This document shows, one piece after another, positions 58,611-64,000 of a stretch of 64,000 bases of DNA. How positions within the stretch are numbered: position 1 is the first letter of the stretch; each line of letters opens with the position of its first letter. The notes under the pieces were generated by a model, which was not told where the DNA came from, ran no database searches, and saw nothing but the letters and a program-made list of their open reading frames with translations. The position numbers were made by a program, and so were the translations under genes. Source of the DNA: Candidatus Multivorans sp. (GTDB taxonomy: Bacteria > Acidobacteriota > Thermoanaerobaculia > Multivoradales > Multivoraceae); assembly GCA_965224025.1 (NCBI GenBank), contig OZ245033.1, positions 3,840,001 to 3,904,000 on the forward strand, in the 5' to 3' direction.

Positions 58611-60200
58611 CTACGGCCCGGACGACTCGCCGTAGCGGAAGCCCGTGCGGGACCGGACCTTGTACCTGCCCTCGCGGACCTTGACCTTGATGTTGCGATA
58701 GCCCTCGGTTCCGGCCTCGTACTCCGAGCGGAAGCTCACGAGGTAGTAGCCCTGGTTCTCTTCGGCGACCTGACGCATCGGCGTCATGATGTTCGTGAAG
58801 TTCGCGTAGTAGTGGCCGCCCGTCTCGTTCGAGATCAGGCTCAGCGAGTCGTTGAGCGACGCCGAGGCGATCGATCTGCGGCGGCTGCCCATGGTGTCGA
58901 TCGTGTATACCGCAACGTTACCGGCGTTCAGCGCCTCACGCATCGGCGGGTAGTAGCGCGTGTCCGGCGTGTAGCTCCCGAACTGACCGATCTCCCCGAA
59001 ACCGAGGCTGAACATGATCAGGTTCTTGCGGCCCGCGATCCCCTCCGCAGCCTCGCCAAGCACCTCCAGGCCCTGTTGCAGCTTCCGGCTACGACGCGCC
59101 AGTTCCTTCCCGGTCGGCAGGTTGACCGCCAGCGAGGGCGAGTTCGGGTCGAACTCGGGTTCCGACCGCGTGACCCAGTGGTCGAGGTCCCTCTTGCCCC
59201 GCGAGGCGGCATCGACCGCCGCGAGGATCTCCTCCCGATCGCGGCTGAAGTCGAGGTAGAATTTGAGCCGCGCCTGGTAAGCAAACACGGCTACCTGGTC
59301 GTTCGGCTGCAACTCCTCCTCGATCCAACGCTTGAGCCAGCGTGCGTTGTCCATCTGCGGTCCGGACAGAGCCGGCGCCTGCATCCGCTGATCGTGGAAC
59401 ATGAGGATGAAGTAGCGATCGGTGCGCACCGTTCCACCCCCGCCTGCCGACGCCAACTCGCTCGGCCCGCCGTAGAAGGAGGCGCTCACGACTTCCTGCT
59501 CCTCGCCGTCGTGGAGGACTACGAAGTCCTCGGGTCTCAGATCGTCGATCACGTTGCCCTTCCGGTCCGTAACCAGGACATCGAGCAACACCTCCGCGAC
59601 CCGGATTCGCTCGTTGAGGCTTATGTCTGCCGGCGCCGCCGACGCGGCTCGAACTCGGGTCTTCTCCCGCGCCGGCGCCGGCACCTCGGCGCGCGGCGTC
59701 TCGCGCCGGGGGCTCGGTGCAGGAGCGGTCCGGGCCGGCTCAGGCGCAGGCCGGGAGGCCGGTTCCCTCACGGCTGATCTAGCCGGAGCACGCTTCGGTT
59801 CGGCCACCGGTTCCGCGACCACCTCCTTCGCCGCCGCGGGTTCAGGTGCTGGCGCGGCAGCAACTTCACGCACGGGCGCCGCCGCCACTGCGGGCGCCGC
59901 CGCCGGCGCCGGGACCGGCGTCGTGGGGACCACGACCGCTCGCACGGTCTTGCCCCGCTGGCGCCGCTGCTTCTGCAGCCGCTTCTCCTCCTTCGCGGCC
60001 CTGGCGGCTGCCTTCTTCTCCGCCTTGCGCTTCTTCTTCTCGTCGTCCGGGGCCGACGCCTCGCTCCCGGCCACCGGCTCGGCACCAATTCCCGCATCCG
60101 CGGCAACCGCCAATCCCAGACCGCTCGACAACAACAACGCACTCGCCACCAGCGCGACCGCAAGAGCCCACCGTCGTCCAACCGTCGCAATTCTGCTCAT
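58611..60200 (-). CDS. secreted VWA-domain protein (acidobacterial VWFA-related) with Lys/Ala/Pro-rich N-terminus
   Basis: VLVTDRKG..I.DL..EDF.V, GRKNLI.FS.G, VYTID, ETGG, Y.L, VRSR.G. Confidence 0.82.
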   Translation of the reverse strand: MSRIATVGRRWALAVALVASALLLSSGLGLAVAADAGIGAEPVAGSEASAPDDEKKKRKAEKKAAARAAKEEKRLQKQRRQRGKTVRAVVVPTTPVPAPAAAPAVAAAPVREVAAAPAPEPAAAKEVVAEPVAEPKRAPARSAVREPASRPAPEPARTAPAPSPRRETPRAEVPAPAREKTRVRAASAAPADISLNERIRVAEVLLDVLVTDRKGNVIDDLRPEDFVVLHDGEEQEVVSASFYGGPSELASAGGGGTVRTDRYFILMFHDQRMQAPALSGPQMDNARWLKRWIEEELQPNDQVAVFAYQARLKFYLDFSRDREEILAAVDAASRGKRDLDHWVTRSEPEFDPNSPSLAVNLPTGKELARRSRKLQQGLEVLGEAAEGIAGRKNLIMFSLGFGEIGQFGSYTPDTRYYPPMREALNAGNVAVYTIDTMGSRRRSIASASLNDSLSLISNETGGHYYANFTNIMTPMRQVAEENQGYYLVSFRSEYEAGTEGYRNIKVKVREGRYKVRSRTGFRYGESSGP

Positions 60201-60439
60201 CCCAGAGGACCTCCTTTATTCAAACTACCGGTCGCGCCCGAGGGCGACGGCACGGAGAAGCGACGTACGCCATCCTAGCAACCGCACGCCTCATCCGGTT
60301 CTTCCCCAACTCAGGCATCAACTCCAAACTTAGCGTCATGCAACACTCAAGCCATCGTGGCTTGTTGCCGAAACCCGTTCGGCGAAGGACCTCCTCGCTC
60401 CCGGGATCCGGGTCCGACTCGACGTAGCATCTCGCCGCC

Positions 60440-62311
60440 GTGACACTGCCCGCCCCGGACCGCCGCACCGCGGAGCTCTCCGCCGCCTTCGCCGAACTGC
60501 GAACGGCTCTGGGACGGGTGCTCGTCGGCCAGGACGACGCCGCGACCGGGTTGACCCTGGCACTGCTGGCGGAGCAGCACGCCTACCTGGAAGGTCCGCC
60601 CGGCTGCGGCAAGTCGGAACTTGCCGCGGCGCTCGCGGCGCTGTCCGGCGCGCGCACCCACACGCTCGTCTTCCATCGCGACATCCGTGAAACCGACCTG
60701 CTCGGCGATGTCTTGCTCAGCCGACACCGCCACCGCGGCCATGAGCGCCTCCGACGCGAGCTGATCCCGGGACCGTTGCTTCAAGCCGAGGTTGCGCTGC
60801 TCGAGGATCTACCCCGCTCCCCGGGGGAAGCCCTGGGTCCCCTGCTGCGGATCCTCGCTGAACGGCGCGCCCTGGGGCAGGTGCTACCGCTCGAGTCAGC
60901 GGTTGCCACCGGACCGCTGGAGCAAGTGGAAGCCCCCATCGACCCGCTGGAACCGGGTCAACTCGATCGCTTCGCGGTGCAGCTTCGGGTGACCGGCCTG
61001 CTGGTTGGCGGGCTCTTCGACGAGGCGGCTGTCCTGCTCCAAAGGACTTCCGACCGTCCCCAGGAGGTTGCGCGACCTTGCCCGGTGATGAGCACGGCTA
61101 CCCGCAAGGCCGGCCAACGGGCCGCCGCCGCCCTTCAGGTCGAGCCGCGAACGCGCGCCGCGTACCACCGCCTGCTGGAGCGGTTGCGTCAGCGCAGCGC
61201 CGACCAGTCGGCGTCGGGCGACCGTCTGATGTCCGACCGTTCGTTCAGTTCCGCCGCCCTGAGACTGGTCCGTGCCCATGCCTTCCTGCGCGGCGCGCCC
61301 GCCGTGGCGCCGCGTGACCTTCACGCCATCCGCTACATGGTCGCCCACCGGCTGCCGGATGAAGTCCAGGAAGACTTCGATCACATCCTTGACGAACTGC
61401 TCGGCGACCCGCCGAACGTGACAATGGCGGAGACCGGTGCCCAGATGCCGGGAGCGCAGTCCCAGGGCGACGACGACTCCGACGGTGCCGCCGCGGCCTC
61501 GGCGGCGTCCGACTCCTGGATCGACGACCAGGCTGACCTGCCGGCGCCGCCCACGCTGTTCGGGCAACCGCCTCCGCCCGCCCAGGTCGACACCCTGTTG
61601 CGCGCGCTGGTCGGCCGCATCGAACGCGGCCGGATCGACCCGGACACCGACCCCGGCGGCCAGCCGCGCGGCTACCGTCCGCTGCGCGATCTGAACGAGC
61701 TGATCGATGCCGACCTGATCGAAGCTCTGCTCTTCACCGAGGGCCGGCTGCCCGGGACGCCGCGCACCTTCGAACGCAAGCGCAGAAGCGCCGGCGGCGC
61801 GGTCGCCGTGCTGCGGGACATCTCGGCATCGATGGCCGGCCGGCTGACCGTGTGGTCGAGCCAGGTCGTGCTCGGCATCCTGCGCGTCGCGGCGCGGCGA
61901 CGGATGCGCGTCGGCTACGTCGAGTTCCATCACCGCGCCCTGCCCCACCAGGTCGGCGGCCGGCTGCTGCACCGCTCGTACTCCCAGCTCGCCGAGCAGG
62001 CCGGCCAGGCCAAGGCGGTCGGGCAGACGAACTACGAGGCGCCGCTGCGCACGGCTCTCGAGGGCCTGCGCGGCGGGTCGGGCCGCAACCGGCACATCGT
62101 CCTCCTGACCGACGGCCTGCCGATCATCGGTGACACGACCGTCCGCCGTGAGCGGCAGTTGGCGCGGCGGCTGGGCGTCGCCCTCCACACCGTGTTCCTG
62201 GGTAACGGCGACTGCCCTCCGGTGCTCGACGACATCTCCATCGAGACCGGCGGGCTGCGCTTCTGCGGCCGTCCTCTGCCGGGCGGCGGACTCAGGCTGG
62301 AGGAGCGATAG
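60440..62311 (+). CDS. MoxR/RavA-like AAA+ ATPase fused to a C-terminal vWA domain
   Basis: GPPGCGKS, LLED, LDRF; acidic Pro-rich linker; MIDAS DISAS...T...LTDG. Confidence 0.85.
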   Translation: MTLPAPDRRTAELSAAFAELRTALGRVLVGQDDAATGLTLALLAEQHAYLEGPPGCGKSELAAALAALSGARTHTLVFHRDIRETDLLGDVLLSRHRHRGHERLRRELIPGPLLQAEVALLEDLPRSPGEALGPLLRILAERRALGQVLPLESAVATGPLEQVEAPIDPLEPGQLDRFAVQLRVTGLLVGGLFDEAAVLLQRTSDRPQEVARPCPVMSTATRKAGQRAAAALQVEPRTRAAYHRLLERLRQRSADQSASGDRLMSDRSFSSAALRLVRAHAFLRGAPAVAPRDLHAIRYMVAHRLPDEVQEDFDHILDELLGDPPNVTMAETGAQMPGAQSQGDDDSDGAAAASAASDSWIDDQADLPAPPTLFGQPPPPAQVDTLLRALVGRIERGRIDPDTDPGGQPRGYRPLRDLNELIDADLIEALLFTEGRLPGTPRTFERKRRSAGGAVAVLRDISASMAGRLTVWSSQVVLGILRVAARRRMRVGYVEFHHRALPHQVGGRLLHRSYSQLAEQAGQAKAVGQTNYEAPLRTALEGLRGGSGRNRHIVLLTDGLPIIGDTTVRRERQLARRLGVALHTVFLGNGDCPPVLDDISIETGGLRFCGRPLPGGGLRLEER

Positions 62312-62395
62312 AGTCGCGCGTCCCATGAGCCACCTCCCGGCGGCGGACACCGCCTCGAGGAGCGATAGAGTCGCGCCTTCTGTGAGCGACCTGAC
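62282..62395 (+). repeat. imperfect ~57-bp tandem duplication spanning the gene junction
   Basis: GAGGAGCGATAGAGTCGCGC exact at 62300-62319 and 62357-62376, within GGCGGCGGAC...TGAGC.ACCT units. Confidence 0.8.
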
Positions 62396-63350
62396 CCCAC
62401 TCCGCGACCTGCTCGATCACCACGTCGTCGGCCACGACGAGGTCAAGACGGCCCTACTCCTGGCCTTGATCACCAGGGAGCACATCTACGTCGAGGGACC
62501 GCCCGGCACCGCCAAGACGCGGCTTGCCGAGGTCGCCGCCAAGGGCTCCGATCTCGACTTTTTCTTCTACCAGTTGCACCGCGACACCCGCCTCGCCGAA
62601 CTGGTCGGCGACATCGTCCTCGAACGCCGCCGGGTGAAGACGCCAGACGCCGAACCGGGAATGGCGGGCGAAGCCGAGCGGATCCACCAGCGGATCGAAC
62701 CCGGGGGCCTGCTGACCGCCGAGATCGCGGTGCTGGACGACATCTCCCGCGCCCCCGGCGAGGCGCTCAACGTGCTGCTCCGGATCCTGAACGAGCGACG
62801 CTTCGGCAGCGAGCCGATCCCGCTCATGGCCGCCATCGCGACCGGCAACCCGATGGACGACGAGTACTACAACGAACCGCTCGATCCCGCGAACCTCGAT
62901 CGTTTCGCTCTCCAGTTACGGGTCTCCGGCCTGATCCAGAGCGGCGCCGAGGATGCGCGGATCCTGATCGACCGCTTCGCGGCCGGCTCCGTGGTCGAAC
63001 AGCCCGACCCCGACGCGGTCACCGACCGCGCCACGCTGGACGCCCTGAATCGCCGCATGTACGAGGTCGAAGTCGGATCCGTGGTGCGCGCCGCCCTGCT
63101 CGACATCCTGCGCACCCTGGTGCTCGAGTTCGAGTGCAACGAGACGAACTCCCTGCTCACCGACCGCACCTTCCTGGTCAAGGCGATCAAGATCCTGCGA
63201 GGTGCAGCGCTCCTGGCCGGGCGGGACGCGGTCGACTTGACCGATCTCGCCGCGCTGTCCTGGATGACGACCTTCCGGGTGCCGCCGGAGGCTCACGAGG
63301 CCCTGCCCAGGATCATCGGCCGGGTCAACCGGCAGGTGCGGGCGGTATAG
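62325..63350 (+). CDS. MoxR/RavA-like AAA+ ATPase
   Basis: EH....GPPGTAKT, VLDDISRA, LN.LL.ILNERRF, LDRF; start ATG 62325 or GTG 62382. Confidence 0.87.
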   Translation: MSHLPAADTASRSDRVAPSVSDLTPLRDLLDHHVVGHDEVKTALLLALITREHIYVEGPPGTAKTRLAEVAAKGSDLDFFFYQLHRDTRLAELVGDIVLERRRVKTPDAEPGMAGEAERIHQRIEPGGLLTAEIAVLDDISRAPGEALNVLLRILNERRFGSEPIPLMAAIATGNPMDDEYYNEPLDPANLDRFALQLRVSGLIQSGAEDARILIDRFAAGSVVEQPDPDAVTDRATLDALNRRMYEVEVGSVVRAALLDILRTLVLEFECNETNSLLTDRTFLVKAIKILRGAALLAGRDAVDLTDLAALSWMTTFRVPPEAHEALPRIIGRVNRQVRAV

Positions 63351-63367
63351 CCGGCGGACAACCGCTC

Positions 63368-63467
63368 CCGGATGCGGGCGGGACGCCCGCGTGCCATCCG
63401 TTCGCCCGGTGACGGGCGCACGGAGTGGTTCGCGGGTGGCGCGGATCGCGCCACCCGGGTTCCCAGG
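63368..63467. repeat. REP-like palindrome interrupted by the 68-nt double-hairpin unit (copy 2, 63393-63460)
   Basis: CCGGATGCGGGCGGGACGCCCGCGT + 68 nt + TCCCAGG, compared with the uninterrupted copy at 17233. Confidence 0.8.
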
Positions 63468-63474
63468 CTAGGGC

Positions 63475-64000
63475 TTACTCCTGGCCGGTGCTCGACTGCC
63501 CCTGGAACTCCGACTCCAGCAGCCGCGCGCCGCGCAGCATGTTGCCCATCGCGTAGTTGCCCTCGTGGCAGGCGTACTCGTAGCTCTTGCCCGTCGTCTT
63601 CGGCCACGGCAGCTCACCGCTGTACGGCGCCTCGTACTCGGGGTTCTCAACCGTGAAGCTGTAGAGCAGGCTGTCCCCGTCATTGGGGCTGAAGCGCTCG
63701 ACGACGCGCACTCCCTCGCCGCGCAGGTCGGGCATGTCGCGGAAGTTGGTCGTCTCGACGACCAGCGTGTCGCCCTCCCACCAACCGATGGAGTCGCCGC
63801 TGAGGGAAGTGTAGTCCGCCGGCATGTGCTCACCGCCGATGCGGACGACCCGGGTCCAGTGCATCCACTCGATCATGATCAGGAAGTGGTCTTCGGTCTG
63901 CACGATCGTCTTCACGTTGTTGTAAGGCAACGGACGGATCGCGACCGAGGCCGTCGGCTGATACATGCACCGCACGCCGACGATGTTCGTCTCCGGACCG
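63475..64000 (-). CDS. C-terminal part of a conserved hypothetical protein (YEYACHEGN family)
   Basis: GDSIGWWEGDTLVVETTNF, ERF, YEYACHEGN; the ORF is open to the window edge. Confidence 0.75.
   Translation of the reverse strand, partial: GPETNIVGVRCMYQPTASVAIRPLPYNNVKTIVQTEDHFLIMIEWMHWTRVVRIGGEHMPADYTSLSGDSIGWWEGDTLVVETTNFRDMPDLRGEGVRVVERFSPNDGDSLLYSFTVENPEYEAPYSGELPWPKTTGKSYEYACHEGNYAMGNMLRGARLLESEFQGQSSTGQE

Noticed and set aside
58611-62311. Functional link between the secreted VWA gene and the divergent AAA+-vWA pair
   Set aside because: The first protein has a signal peptide and belongs to a different VWA family, while the AAA+ proteins look cytoplasmic; adjacency alone is insufficient
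1-64000. CRISPR array, tRNA or rRNA genes
   Set aside because: No regularly spaced repeat-spacer array, cloverleaf or rRNA-like sequence was seen; the repeats found are dispersed palindromes or coding repeats

Overview
High-GC bacterial chromosomal window. The gene content (acidobacterial-type VWA protein, a Cys-bounded C-terminal domain on a secreted dehydrogenase, carboxypeptidase-regulatory-like repeat proteins) suggests Acidobacteriota; this is an inference. It is mostly housekeeping, metabolic and secreted-protein genes: SAM-I riboswitch with metB, ddl, hemW, two DUF3604 genes, lepA, arginase, efp-epmA, rnd, fabI, an ICL2-type isocitrate lyase, a PaoABC-like molybdoenzyme with cytochrome b, and a haloalkane dehalogenase. 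Three accessory highlights stand out. (1) An IS110 element (13427-15044) whose bridge RNA can be read directly from the sequence; its guides match the element's own ends and a REP-like palindrome family found several times in the window. A separate 68-nt double-hairpin unit appears inserted into the same REP family. (2) A Menshen-like DUF262/DUF3696-ATPase/effector defence triad with an extra N-terminal domain, followed by decayed toxin-antitoxin genes. (3) A MoxR/RavA-like AAA+-vWA fusion paired with a second AAA+, in a BchD/BchI-like architecture. Several single-base frameshifts may be assembly errors. All product calls come from motif recognition; no database searches were run.
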